Source: a virus | Taxonomy: Duplodnaviria; Caudoviricetes | DNA length: 62,024 nt | Virus record (IMG/VR): IMGVR_UViG_3300031753_000006 | Coordinates: 1-62,024 of that record | Reading direction: 5' to 3' (one strand) | In this document: positions 46,798-55,762 of the stretch, piece after piece | Position numbering within the stretch: the stretch's first letter is position 1 | Layout: every line of letters starts with the position of its first letter | Translations under genes and position numbers: made by a program | Notes under the pieces: generated by a model | What the model was told of the DNA's origin: nothing | What the model saw: only the letters and a program-made list of their open reading frames with translations | Database searches by the model: none

Positions 46798-48234
46798 TCA
46801 AGCCACCCTCCATTCTTCCCGTATGAGCCTTTCTCGCTCGCCTTCAAGCCACTTCGCCAATCGCCCCGTCCAGTCGGCATCACCACAAGCATATTGGATC
46901 TGCCGGTCGAGGGGCGCGTGTACGATCGATTTCCGCGGCATTCGCCCCATGTGTTGTTCGATATGTCCCAGCCAATCTCGTCCAAAGAGACGGAGTTTGA
47001 GTTCTCCCTTGGCCCAAGTTGGCGGTTTCCACGGGTCGTATTCCGAAAAGCCATTATCCTCCTTTTTGTACAGATGCTTCATCACGCGCCTGATAACGGC
47101 TTCCGATTCGTGGGCTTTATATTTCACGGCATCGGCCCGATGATTCTTGCCGCACTCTGGACATCCCTTGCCTTTTAGGTGGTAAGTGGATTCTCGCATG
47201 GACTGCGTGGCGAATGCAAGAGCTTCTGCGAGCCAATCGTCCAGTTTGGCCTTCGAGGCGGGGGTGACGACCTCGTCGTAACTAGTCATCCGGTAGCCAA
47301 AAATCCGATAGACCGCTTGTTTGAGTCCTTGCGGTTGGGAGCCGCCCAAGTGGTACAGTTCCTGCATGGTGTCTCGGAAAGCGGGAATGTGTATACCAAC
47401 GGTTGACAATTCAGCAAGATCGTAAACTGAGTTGTGCAGAATAACAGTGTTGTACCCCCAAACCAAAGCGGTTGCAAAAGCATCCAATAGCTCCTTGTCT
47501 TGTGCCAAAATCATGTAACCGGTACCGAGTGTGGACGAGAACTGGATTGAGTAGAGTTGGCCATCGTCGGACTCAGTATCAATCGCGATAGTGTCCGATT
47601 CAGTGGTCATCGTGGCCCAGACCTCGGCTTCAGTCTTGAGCAGCCGGTAATCCAATCGATCGGCCGTGGGTATGGGCGGATTCCATTCGCCTCGCAGCCA
47701 TTTACCGAGGTTCTTCCAATCCTCCAGTAGTGGGATCATGAACCGCGTTTCGCGCAGCCCAGCAGCAGGATGATACATTGGCACCACCACGCCTTCCCAT
47801 CCAAATAGCCCGCTGCCTTTGTAATATGTCGGAAAACCATGCTCTAACTCTAGGTTGCTGCCAATAAGACCGCAAGCTGTGGCACCGGCCAAGATCACGA
47901 TCTCTGGGTTCACCGTCCATATTTCCTCCGCCAAGTGGTTCGGGACACATGCCGCCAACTGTACGGCAGATGGCCGTACATCCATTCCGCCGCGCTCACA
48001 TCGGCACTGCATACAGTTCGTGATGAAGATGTCGCGACGCCGCAGGCCGGCTAACGAAAAGTACGTGTGATCCTGCTCTCGACCGCTCACTCCAACGAAC
48101 GGTATACCATCCTTGTCTTCGTTCTTGCCTGGGCCTTCACCTATGAGCATGATACGGGTGTCTGTAGGTCCACATGGGAACACCTGACGTTTGCCCGTAC
48201 ATTCAGAGCATCGACCGTACGACCACGACATCAA
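46798..48234 (-). CDS. Uracil-DNA glycosylase (family 4-like) fused to a PolA-type 3'-5' exonuclease
   Basis: IGEGPGKNED..GIPFVG.SG and YHPAA; AIDTE, HNSVYDL, YACGDAD. Confidence 0.88.
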   Translation of the reverse strand: MMSWSYGRCSECTGKRQVFPCGPTDTRIMLIGEGPGKNEDKDGIPFVGVSGREQDHTYFSLAGLRRRDIFITNCMQCRCERGGMDVRPSAVQLAACVPNHLAEEIWTVNPEIVILAGATACGLIGSNLELEHGFPTYYKGSGLFGWEGVVVPMYHPAAGLRETRFMIPLLEDWKNLGKWLRGEWNPPIPTADRLDYRLLKTEAEVWATMTTESDTIAIDTESDDGQLYSIQFSSTLGTGYMILAQDKELLDAFATALVWGYNTVILHNSVYDLAELSTVGIHIPAFRDTMQELYHLGGSQPQGLKQAVYRIFGYRMTSYDEVVTPASKAKLDDWLAEALAFATQSMRESTYHLKGKGCPECGKNHRADAVKYKAHESEAVIRRVMKHLYKKEDNGFSEYDPWKPPTWAKGELKLRLFGRDWLGHIEQHMGRMPRKSIVHAPLDRQIQYACGDADWTGRLAKWLEGERERLIREEWRVA

Positions 48235-48584
48235 TACTTCTTTCCTCCTTCGGCTAGTCTGGCTTCTCGTTTGTGATCGGCACGGGTGCGGTTGTATCGC
48301 ATTTTCTCTTGGTAGGCGCCATCCAAATCCAGACCTCTAGCCGCCGCCAGATCGAAGATACGGATGAGGCAATCCACCAGTTCAACCTCGAACATTTTAC
48401 GATGTGGGAGCTTGTCGTCTTGAGCGTTCTTCCGGTCACCCTCCATCGCCTCAGCCAGTTCGGAGACGCATAGCATAAGAAGCTCTCCGTTGTTACGAGC
48501 TATTGGGTACTGGCCAGTTACAAGATCGGTCCACCACTGCCGGTTGGCCTCGTGGCATTCGATTGCGTAATCGTTAAGACTCAC
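48231..48584 (-). CDS. MazG-like NTP pyrophosphohydrolase
   Basis: SELAEAMEG.RK, EVELVDCLIRIFD, EKMRYN; AGGAGG RBS. Confidence 0.8.
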   Translation of the reverse strand: MSLNDYAIECHEANRQWWTDLVTGQYPIARNNGELLMLCVSELAEAMEGDRKNAQDDKLPHRKMFEVELVDCLIRIFDLAAARGLDLDGAYQEKMRYNRTRADHKREARLAEGGKKY

Positions 48585-48843
48585 TGCGAATCCTCCTGAT
48601 AGTGCTGCGCGATACACCGAATGACCAAGCTAGACTGCGTTGGCTCCAACCGCCGTCCAAGAGCTTACGCACTTTGGCACGTTTAGATACATCCAGTCTG
48701 CGCCAATTCTTCATGTGTGGTTTACGTGAATAGACGCCACTAGGCACGACGGATATCAATCCTTTCATTCTCTTCCGGTTCAAATAATACGGCTTCGGAT
48801 AATTCGGACGATCCCATTTTCGCAGTGACGACCGACATGGCAC
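48574..48843 (-). CDS. Small HTH protein (start uncertain)
   Basis: GWSQRSLAWSFGVSRSTIRRI. Confidence 0.55.
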   Translation of the reverse strand: MPCRSSLRKWDRPNYPKPYYLNRKRMKGLISVVPSGVYSRKPHMKNWRRLDVSKRAKVRKLLDGGWSQRSLAWSFGVSRSTIRRIRSES

Positions 48844-48922
48844 GACCGTGGCCTGTAGGCATGAGACAGATCGTCACTTCTACAGCGTCAATTAACATAA
48901 TTTGCGGATTAAGGCTTGCCAT
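48740..48922 (-). CDS. Hypothetical protein
   Basis: GGAG RBS and ATG; fills the gap. Confidence 0.45.
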   Translation of the reverse strand: MASLNPQIMLIDAVEVTICLMPTGHGRAMSVVTAKMGSSELSEAVLFEPEENERIDIRRA

Positions 48923-49640
48923 TGATCCACTCCAAAACCTTCCTCGCGCCGGTCTTACCGATCCCCGGCAGCGTCTCCCACTCATGTGATCCTAACTCAA
49001 CGATACGCCGCGGGCAAGAGAAATATGACGATAGATCGAACGTTTTCTTGTCGCCCATTCCAGGCAGTTGGTAGAGCCACCTCTGAACTGGCGTGGCCTC
49101 GGACTGGAATATGCCCTTACCCTCGCGCGGCGGGATCGGAGCCGGCGCATAGATCACTCGTTTGTCCAGATGTTCGGACCACGGGTGCTGCCATTGGTCG
49201 TGCCAATCGACGAGGGTGGCGACCGTCTCGTCAATACCAAAAGTACGCCAAGTAAACACGTTGCCAAGAAATCTAAGCCGATTAAGAAAATGAGAAACTT
49301 CAGCATAGCGGAATTGTCCTTTCGGTTGGTGCCATGGAAAGCCGATCTCGAGCATGCCGCCCTCAGCACGGCGCCAAGGACCCTCGACTATGAGATAGTA
49401 ATAGTCATAGCAATCGAGCGCTCGACCTACTTGCCCGCCGGCCAATCTATGGGATCGAACCGAGTCCAGAAGGTCCGAGATGGTCTTCCTCTCTACGCCT
49501 ACTAGCACCCGACCCGATGGTCCCCAGCCGTCCCATTGAAAATCTGTTGCGACGTTTGGAACGGATTCGGCGTCACAGCCAAGTTGGCGGATTCCAGTAA
49601 GGAGTTCGCGAGAGCCGACTGCGGAATCAACGAGGATCAC
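48909..49640 (-). CDS. ERCC4/XPF-type nuclease with HhH tail (resolvase candidate)
   Basis: ILVDS, GVERKTISDL, LIVEG, LPGIGKTGA. Confidence 0.8.
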   Translation of the reverse strand: MILVDSAVGSRELLTGIRQLGCDAESVPNVATDFQWDGWGPSGRVLVGVERKTISDLLDSVRSHRLAGGQVGRALDCYDYYYLIVEGPWRRAEGGMLEIGFPWHQPKGQFRYAEVSHFLNRLRFLGNVFTWRTFGIDETVATLVDWHDQWQHPWSEHLDKRVIYAPAPIPPREGKGIFQSEATPVQRWLYQLPGMGDKKTFDLSSYFSCPRRIVELGSHEWETLPGIGKTGARKVLEWINGKP

Positions 49641-49876
49641 AGCAGTTCCGTCTCCAACGCATCGATCAAACTGTTCAACGCCAGTCGCACCAACATAACG
49701 TCCACATGCATACCCGCGCCTCGGAAGTCCCGATACGGCAACATCCGGCGGTAGTCACTCATCGCCTTGAGGTTGCGCCGATTGTACAGGTGCCGCACAA
49801 AGGCGATCTCATCCTCGGTCGTCCAATCGGACGATTCGTCGGGCGTGATGATGAACGTGTTTTCGGTGTCTGGCAT
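49637..49876 (-). CDS. Hypothetical protein
   Basis: RBS; coupled to the downstream gene. Confidence 0.6.
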   Translation of the reverse strand: MPDTENTFIITPDESSDWTTEDEIAFVRHLYNRRNLKAMSDYRRMLPYRDFRGAGMHVDVMLVRLALNSLIDALETELL

Positions 49877-49886
49877 GGGGCCTCAG

Positions 49887-50108
49887 TTACGCGTTCGGCA
49901 GTCGGCTGTGGTTCTCGGCAATCCGCAGCAGTTCGTTGTCGACCTCTTCATCCAACATCATGTTGCGCAACTGCTCGATGTTACTGATGTCGCCAACATT
50001 GCGCAATTCGAGGGTGGCCAGTTCGCGCGCTTCGGCTTCTGTGTTCGCGTCGACTTCGGTGTTCAGTTCGATCTCGGCGCGGAGGATGACGTTAAAGCGA
50101 TGTGACAT
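49887..50108 (-). CDS. Hypothetical acidic protein
   Basis: GAGG RBS. Confidence 0.6.
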   Translation of the reverse strand: MSHRFNVILRAEIELNTEVDANTEAEARELATLELRNVGDISNIEQLRNMMLDEEVDNELLRIAENHSRLPNA

Positions 50109-50116
50109 GAGTTCCT

Positions 50117-50905
50117 CTATTCTCCCGGTCTGAGCACTGCCATCAAGTTCTCAAGGGTGATCGCTTGACCTTCCAGCACTCCGTTCACCCCAGCTTGTCC
50201 TACGTTATCTTGGGACTCTACCACGTCGAGAGAGAACTTGTCCCAGTAATAATCGGCTTCTTTGTGGGCGTCGAACACGCAACGAACGATCGATGTGGTA
50301 CAGTAACCGAGATGCGGCGGACCATCCCACACCGTCCTTCCAGTTCTGTTGTCGTTGCGGTATTCGTCCTTTGCCTTCATGGTGACCAACACCAGCTTGT
50401 GGTTTAGGGAATCAATTAGATCAGTCCAATCTTGTTTCGGCGGCCCCCACACGCGGCTCTTGCCAACTTCCTGCTTGCGGCCAAAGTGCGAGTACCCAAT
50501 CCAATCCCATATCTGCGTGCCGGAATCCATGACGATCGGCTCGACTTCTTGACGGCCAGCTAGCGCAACCACTGAGTCGAACAGACGTTTGGTCACATCC
50601 TCGTACACTTTCTTGACCTCGTCAAAGTTCGTGTTCGTGGCGAGCTGCAACGCTTGCTTTTGCGTCACGAAGTCCGTATCGTTCATGTACGGGATTTGCA
50701 GACCGACTTCTTCATGGTAATCACGCACGGTCTTGCGGGTCTTGCGGTCGCACACGATCCATCCAGGGATCTTGCTGCGGGCGTCGGCCCATTCAGTTGC
50801 GGTGGCACAAAGGCGGGTCTTGCCGCTGCCCTCGCCGCCGAAGATACCGAAGCAACCATGATCTGGACGATCAATCGAACGTGTGAAACCTGGGATGTTG
50901 CTCAC
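50117..50905 (-). CDS. P-loop ATPase, Sak4/AAA_24-like recombination protein
   Basis: GGEGSGKT, IVMDSGT; next to exonuclease and SSB candidates. Confidence 0.7.
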   Translation of the reverse strand: MSNIPGFTRSIDRPDHGCFGIFGGEGSGKTRLCATATEWADARSKIPGWIVCDRKTRKTVRDYHEEVGLQIPYMNDTDFVTQKQALQLATNTNFDEVKKVYEDVTKRLFDSVVALAGRQEVEPIVMDSGTQIWDWIGYSHFGRKQEVGKSRVWGPPKQDWTDLIDSLNHKLVLVTMKAKDEYRNDNRTGRTVWDGPPHLGYCTTSIVRCVFDAHKEADYYWDKFSLDVVESQDNVGQAGVNGVLEGQAITLENLMAVLRPGE

Positions 50906-51540
50906 TCTGGCTTAACTCCTTTCGATGCGGCGAGTACATTAGCCCACCACCCTTCGCACTCTAATTCGCTGAATTCCACGACCGATACCTGCCCGATCGG
51001 CTTAAACGGGCGTGTGTAATCCCCCAGCCCGAAGCATATATCGTATTGCACTTGCCGGATTGGTTGCAAGAACTTTTTCGCGCTCATCGCACAGTAACTA
51101 AGTCCCTGCTTGAGGTACATCCACAAGTATGCGATCGACTGGGCTTTCTTGGTTGAGTACTTGCATTCCCACCATTTCGTGAAATCTTCCGTTAGGTCGT
51201 CGAATAGCAGTCCGTCTGGCGTGCCGTATATGTTGTCACGCTCCAGCTCACATGGCTGCCAGATCAATCGGTCGTGCCCGTAGTGGGTCGCACGGAATTC
51301 CTCCCAACTCACGCCCAGCGCGGGCAGCAGCGGGTACTCTTTCTCAGTGAACCGGTCGAACGGAAAGTCCACGTCTTCTGGGTCGGACAACTTGCCGGCT
51401 GCTATGCCTAACGCACGATTGACCGCACCGACGTGGACTCCGTGGGAACGAGGAACGGACGGAGCTGGACCGCGGTACGTTCGGCCGGTTGACATCATGG
51501 CCGGATCCAAGACCATCCGTTCCTCTGAGATAATTTTCAT
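50902..51540 (-). CDS. PD-(D/E)xK exonuclease
   Basis: GTPDG...ECKYS...QGLSYC. Confidence 0.75.
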   Translation of the reverse strand: MKIISEERMVLDPAMMSTGRTYRGPAPSVPRSHGVHVGAVNRALGIAAGKLSDPEDVDFPFDRFTEKEYPLLPALGVSWEEFRATHYGHDRLIWQPCELERDNIYGTPDGLLFDDLTEDFTKWWECKYSTKKAQSIAYLWMYLKQGLSYCAMSAKKFLQPIRQVQYDICFGLGDYTRPFKPIGQVSVVEFSELECEGWWANVLAASKGVKPE

Positions 51541-51667
51541 TTGTAACTTTGGGGACGGGAATATACGTATTCCCGGTCAGCGGTTTCCACTGCTCCGCTC
51601 TTGGCCTCGGCCGACTTAACGACCTTGCGGGCGAGTAGCTGACAATGAGCCATTTCCCCAAACCCAA

Positions 51668-52603
51668 TCACGCAGGAACCGTGAACTTCGTCGGCTTGCC
51701 GTCGTTATCATACTCGGCAGTGACGCCGATCTCGGCAAACTTTTCGGCCACAAACTCCGGGTTCTTCACGAGGGATTGGACCGCGGCGAGTTGAGAGGGC
51801 GGAAGTTTCGGATTGTGCTTCGTGTATTCGTTCGTCACGAAACCAAAGAGGGCCTGCATGGATTTGATCTCCGACCCCTTCTTACGTTCAGCGACGAGCT
51901 TGAGGACTTTGGTCGTGAGGTCTTCGGGCGATTCAACCGATGCGGCGCCCGTAGAGGTCGACTGTGTAGCTGCCGTCGACGTTGAAGAAGTAGTGCTTGA
52001 GTTGCCGCTCAGGTAGTTTGGGTTGTTCCACTTGGTCGCGACCTTGTACGTGATGTCAATCGTCTTGGTCGAATCGTCCTTGTCCTTCACCGGCTTCGTG
52101 TTCAGCCGCATGCCGAACTTGTCATTGCAGTCCTTCGGCGAGTAGGACGCCAGTTCGAACTCCAAGCCAGCGAAGTCAGGCGCATAGGCGTTGTTGAGCG
52201 TGGCCTTGGGGAAGCCCTGTTTGGCCAACGACTCGAGGAACACCATCGCGGCCGTGGATTTGTTGAACGGCTCGCTATCTAGCATGTGGACCGTATTGCC
52301 CTCAGCATCCGGCTCATCAGACTGGGGCACGGGATCTAAATCGGTCTCGTTCTTTGCAACGGCCGGACGATAGTGCTTAAGGGATTCTTGGCCAAATGAC
52401 AGCCGCATGTCCTGTTGTTCGGCTTCGCGCACCGGCTGCCAGTTGGCGTCGAGCGTGATCAAGTCGAGGACGAGATAAAGTTGGTTCGGACGGAAATCCG
52501 TCTTGATGTTCTGTGTTTTGGCGGACTTGACACGGTACTTGCCGGCCTCTACTCCACCACCACCCTGCTTTGCCAGATCCGGGTTGAAAGATGCTTTTGG
52601 CAT
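51668..52603 (-). CDS. Single-stranded DNA-binding protein candidate
   Basis: VEAGKYRV N-terminus; strong promoter and RBS; heads the recombination module. Confidence 0.45.
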   Translation of the reverse strand: MPKASFNPDLAKQGGGGVEAGKYRVKSAKTQNIKTDFRPNQLYLVLDLITLDANWQPVREAEQQDMRLSFGQESLKHYRPAVAKNETDLDPVPQSDEPDAEGNTVHMLDSEPFNKSTAAMVFLESLAKQGFPKATLNNAYAPDFAGLEFELASYSPKDCNDKFGMRLNTKPVKDKDDSTKTIDITYKVATKWNNPNYLSGNSSTTSSTSTAATQSTSTGAASVESPEDLTTKVLKLVAERKKGSEIKSMQALFGFVTNEYTKHNPKLPPSQLAAVQSLVKNPEFVAEKFAEIGVTAEYDNDGKPTKFTVPA

Positions 52604-52665
52604 AATTGTTGTTTGTCTCCAAATGGCGGTTTGGCCGCCGGTTACGCTGTTATGTTGATGTTGTT

Positions 52666-52694
52666 ATGTTACGATGCGGTCACCGAGTTGTCAA
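52666..52694 (-). promoter_or_regulatory. Sigma70 promoter
   Basis: TTGACA-N17-TAACAT. Confidence 0.6.
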
Positions 52695-52912
52695 GAGTTT
52701 TCTTCACCGTGGCCGCGATCGGTTTGCATGGCGTGCATCTGTGATGGGTTCAGGTTCTCGCCGCGCTGTTTGGCAGGAGAGCCGTAGGAATCAAGGAAGC
52801 CATTACGAATTTTTTCGGCCAAAGCGTTCGCCTCGTAAAAGCTGTATTCATCAAGACGATCGGCGATCTGATCACGCACACTCTGCACGATTTCTTCAAT
52901 GGATGCTGTCAC
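52691..52912 (-). CDS. Hypothetical protein
   Basis: GGAGG RBS, GTGA overlap. Confidence 0.55.
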   Translation of the reverse strand: MTASIEEIVQSVRDQIADRLDEYSFYEANALAEKIRNGFLDSYGSPAKQRGENLNPSQMHAMQTDRGHGEENS

Positions 52913-53262
52913 TGCCCCTCCTTCGGTTTGGCGGCGCGGCTCTTACGTACCAATTCCAGCCTCTTCCTTCGCGCAATAATGTTCTGTTCGTTAATAAATC
53001 CCGATTCGGAAACACACGAAACCCATTCCCGATCCGCCTGTTCGTATCCGTGCAGGTAGGCGCGATCTTCCATCACCGCTGCCCGCTCCATGCCTTCCCG
53101 GATGCCACGCTGGTAGGCTGCTTCGGCGGATTCGGGTCGCGGTTTACTTGGAACAAAGCCGTGGCATTCGCAGGACCGGCAATGTGCGTCTCCGTGCTTG
53201 CCAGCCATGTGCCCACACCGGGCACACACTAGCCGCTCTGCCTCCTGCCGCTGGTCAGTCAT
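52909..53262 (-). CDS. Zinc-finger hypothetical protein
   Basis: CARCGH...H...CRSCECHGF. Confidence 0.55.
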   Translation of the reverse strand: MTDQRQEAERLVCARCGHMAGKHGDAHCRSCECHGFVPSKPRPESAEAAYQRGIREGMERAAVMEDRAYLHGYEQADREWVSCVSESGFINEQNIIARRKRLELVRKSRAAKPKEGQ

Positions 53263-53749
53263 CGGTGGCTCCTGAGCATTGACAGTAAGTACCGCGCACC
53301 GATGCCATTTCGTCTGGCAGAAGCGCTGTGCACGTCTTTTCATGCTGTGGATGTCCACATACCGAACAAGTACCCCCGACCTCCTTCTGGTTGAGAGCGG
53401 CACGGACCATAGCCAGTGCTTCTTGCCTGCCTGTGCTGATAAGTCGCAATTCCGGTGGCCCATCCATCCGAACTCCGGCGCAAACGATTAGTGCGTCGAT
53501 AGCCTTCAGTGCCTGCTCCATTCGCTTCACGCGCCAGAATATCTGATCCCGCTCGTTTTGTAGACGATCCACGGTGTCAAGTGCGAGTTGATGGGCCTGA
53601 AACTGCTGCTCCCCGCGTTCAAGCCTTCGGCGGATCTCGGCCAGTTCATCTTCTAAACTCTTCCAGTATCGTTTCCCGGCAGAATCATCCACTTGAGTGA
53701 GGAGTTGATCTATCGTTAGCTTCTCCAACAGGTTCTCTGCTCGTGTCAT
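53255..53749 (-). CDS. Coiled-coil protein with C-terminal Cys/His cluster
   Basis: CSVCGHPQH...C...CQC. Confidence 0.55.
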   Translation of the reverse strand: MTRAENLLEKLTIDQLLTQVDDSAGKRYWKSLEDELAEIRRRLERGEQQFQAHQLALDTVDRLQNERDQIFWRVKRMEQALKAIDALIVCAGVRMDGPPELRLISTGRQEALAMVRAALNQKEVGGTCSVCGHPQHEKTCTALLPDEMASVRGTYCQCSGATDD

Positions 53750-55326
53750 AATTTCTCCAATGGCCGCGGCAATTGTTCTTCCCTTCGCACTTTGAACCAT
53801 TTCGGGACATGGTCGCCCGCAGCCCGCAGCAACCACTTCACGTTATCATCGACGATCAAGGTAGTCCCACGATCATCCGGGTAACGGTTGATTCGACCGG
53901 ACGACTGCACGAGTTCTTGGCCGGCCATGTACCACGGGTAGTCGAAATCTTGATCGGTCCGCGCGGCGATCAGTTTATCGGTGGGTGGGAGGAATGGCAT
54001 CTTGCTCAGGACTTGCCATTCGGCCGTGCGTCCGGCGAAGTTCCATCCAGTGCTAAACGATGGAGATACCAACACAGATCCGCAATCGCCTTGTTTGAAA
54101 GTCTCGAAAGCCTGCGTTGCTGTAGCGGTTTCAGGGTCAGCCGCTCCATTAAGAACGATTCGATAGCGGCTCCCAAGTTGCTCACCGATTTGTTTAGCTC
54201 TTGCATACGAAACTGTATGAGTGAGTCCGTTACGGTCACTGCCCCACTTGAAGATTTCATCGTGCCTTTCGATCCACTTTTGCCTGTCTTCATTCCCCCA
54301 CCTTTCGTCATGTTTCACCTTACAAGTTGGCACCCAGATCACCGGACCGTTCACCGCTGGGAATTGCCGGCTCCACTCCTTAAACTCATAATCATCGCGT
54401 TTGATCCCTAGCAGTTGCATCGTCTTCGGACGTAGCGTGGCTGACATCAGGATCACGCGCTGGATACCTTGGAACAACCGTTCCTTGTATCGACCGGGCC
54501 AGACGCATTGGAATCGCCACAGCCGCCCTTCGTCGCTGCCGTCCACGCGAGTGCAGATCCAGTTGTTGTCATGCTTGCTGAATTGCGAGAGCTTGTATGC
54601 GGCGTCATAGATCTCTTCGGCGCGGCGCAGGCGCCCGAAGTCCTTACCGGTAAATCGACCGGACGATTTGGACTCGAGTTGGACGAGCGCGAGATGGTCA
54701 TAGGCTGATTGCAGGATCCGTGGGGCTAGTCCGCTCCACTCCTCGATGTCCTCTCCTGGTCTTTGGCTCGCGTGGAACCCAAGACCGGCTTCTCTTGATT
54801 GTCGTTCGGTAAATCGGAAGTCCAGGGAGTTGGAAAGCCAACCATCGGCGAGTCCGGCTTCATCGCAAACCAACGTGTCGGGTTTACGTATTCCCTCGCC
54901 ACGGCTGTTAGCCGCCAACCAATAAGCGTAATTAGTGACGACGATGTTTGCGGCGTCTTGGGATCTAAAGTCGCAAAGATACGGGCAGCCAAGTTTGTCA
55001 GCACATTGCATTCTTCTTCCGTCATCGCAATTTCCACCTTCCCAACAGGCATAATTTCGGCGACCCCGGATGTGTGCAATTCTGTTTCCAATAAATGTGT
55101 CACGGTACTGATCCTCCAATCCGTGCGTGGCCGTTAGGATGACCGTTCGGCCGCCGAACAACTTCGCCAACCCATATGCAATCGCGCTCTTGCCACCGCC
55201 CGGTGGAATGCCCATTGCGATGAACCGCTTCTCGGACGTTAAAGCGAATTCATAGGCTTCGTGCTGACAATCGCGGAACTGATCGAACGAGTCAGGGAAG
55301 CCTAGGTCGTGAGGAGATAGCATCAA
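53746..55326 (-). CDS. DinG/XPD-family SF2 helicase
   Basis: FRDCQ, PPGGGKS, four-Cys Fe-S-like segment, DEAG, MSATL, QSSGRINR..DD. Confidence 0.85.
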   Translation of the reverse strand: MMLSPHDLGFPDSFDQFRDCQHEAYEFALTSEKRFIAMGIPPGGGKSAIAYGLAKLFGGRTVILTATHGLEDQYRDTFIGNRIAHIRGRRNYACWEGGNCDDGRRMQCADKLGCPYLCDFRSQDAANIVVTNYAYWLAANSRGEGIRKPDTLVCDEAGLADGWLSNSLDFRFTERQSREAGLGFHASQRPGEDIEEWSGLAPRILQSAYDHLALVQLESKSSGRFTGKDFGRLRRAEEIYDAAYKLSQFSKHDNNWICTRVDGSDEGRLWRFQCVWPGRYKERLFQGIQRVILMSATLRPKTMQLLGIKRDDYEFKEWSRQFPAVNGPVIWVPTCKVKHDERWGNEDRQKWIERHDEIFKWGSDRNGLTHTVSYARAKQIGEQLGSRYRIVLNGAADPETATATQAFETFKQGDCGSVLVSPSFSTGWNFAGRTAEWQVLSKMPFLPPTDKLIAARTDQDFDYPWYMAGQELVQSSGRINRYPDDRGTTLIVDDNVKWLLRAAGDHVPKWFKVRREEQLPRPLEKL

Positions 55327-55405
55327 TCACAACCACATAATCCACGCGCGAGAATTGAATCGAACTTGGCAATCACTTCTTTGTTGAGCAGTTCCATTGT
55401 GCCTC

Positions 55406-55762
55406 CTAAGCCTTGTCGACAACTTCTTTTGGCACTGTGAACGTACCAATGTCTTTTTTGTCGAACGAAAATGTGACTTCGTAACTAGACCCGAAATTGC
55501 AAGTATCGCAACCACCACTATGGTATTGAGACTGCCGGAATTTGTCGGTGCCGAATACCTTTGCCAGCTTGAGCAGAATATCGAGAGTCAGCGGCACGTA
55601 TTCATACATTGCTTTAACCGTAACGTCGAACGCATCCTCACGATCTTGAACCTCAGCATCGAATTCAGAGATGTATTCCTCGCAGCCTTCCCAACACGCA
55701 ACAACTTCTTCTTTGGTCATAGTGCCTTCAATCATAACCCCCGCCATCATTGCCGTCAACAC
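55406..55762 (-). CDS. Hypothetical protein
   Basis: Acidic ORF with GCDTC; start uncertain. Confidence 0.55.
   Translation of the reverse strand: MLTAMMAGVMIEGTMTKEEVVACWEGCEEYISEFDAEVQDREDAFDVTVKAMYEYVPLTLDILLKLAKVFGTDKFRQSQYHSGGCDTCNFGSSYEVTFSFDKKDIGTFTVPKEVVDKA

Noticed and set aside
45905-48584. Z-genome (2-aminoadenine) or deazaguanine pathway
   Set aside because: Pyrophosphohydrolases are present, but no PurZ, QueC/D/E, FolE or DpdA was recognised.
51557-51575. Palindrome GGGAATATACGTATTCCC, sharing 12 bp with 57345-57356
   Set aside because: Only two partial copies, which could be chance; insufficient to call an operator.
50902-55326. Type IV CRISPR-like system (DinG plus Cas4-like nuclease)
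   Set aside because: No Cas5/6/7 or array; the context is an ordinary recombination and replication module.
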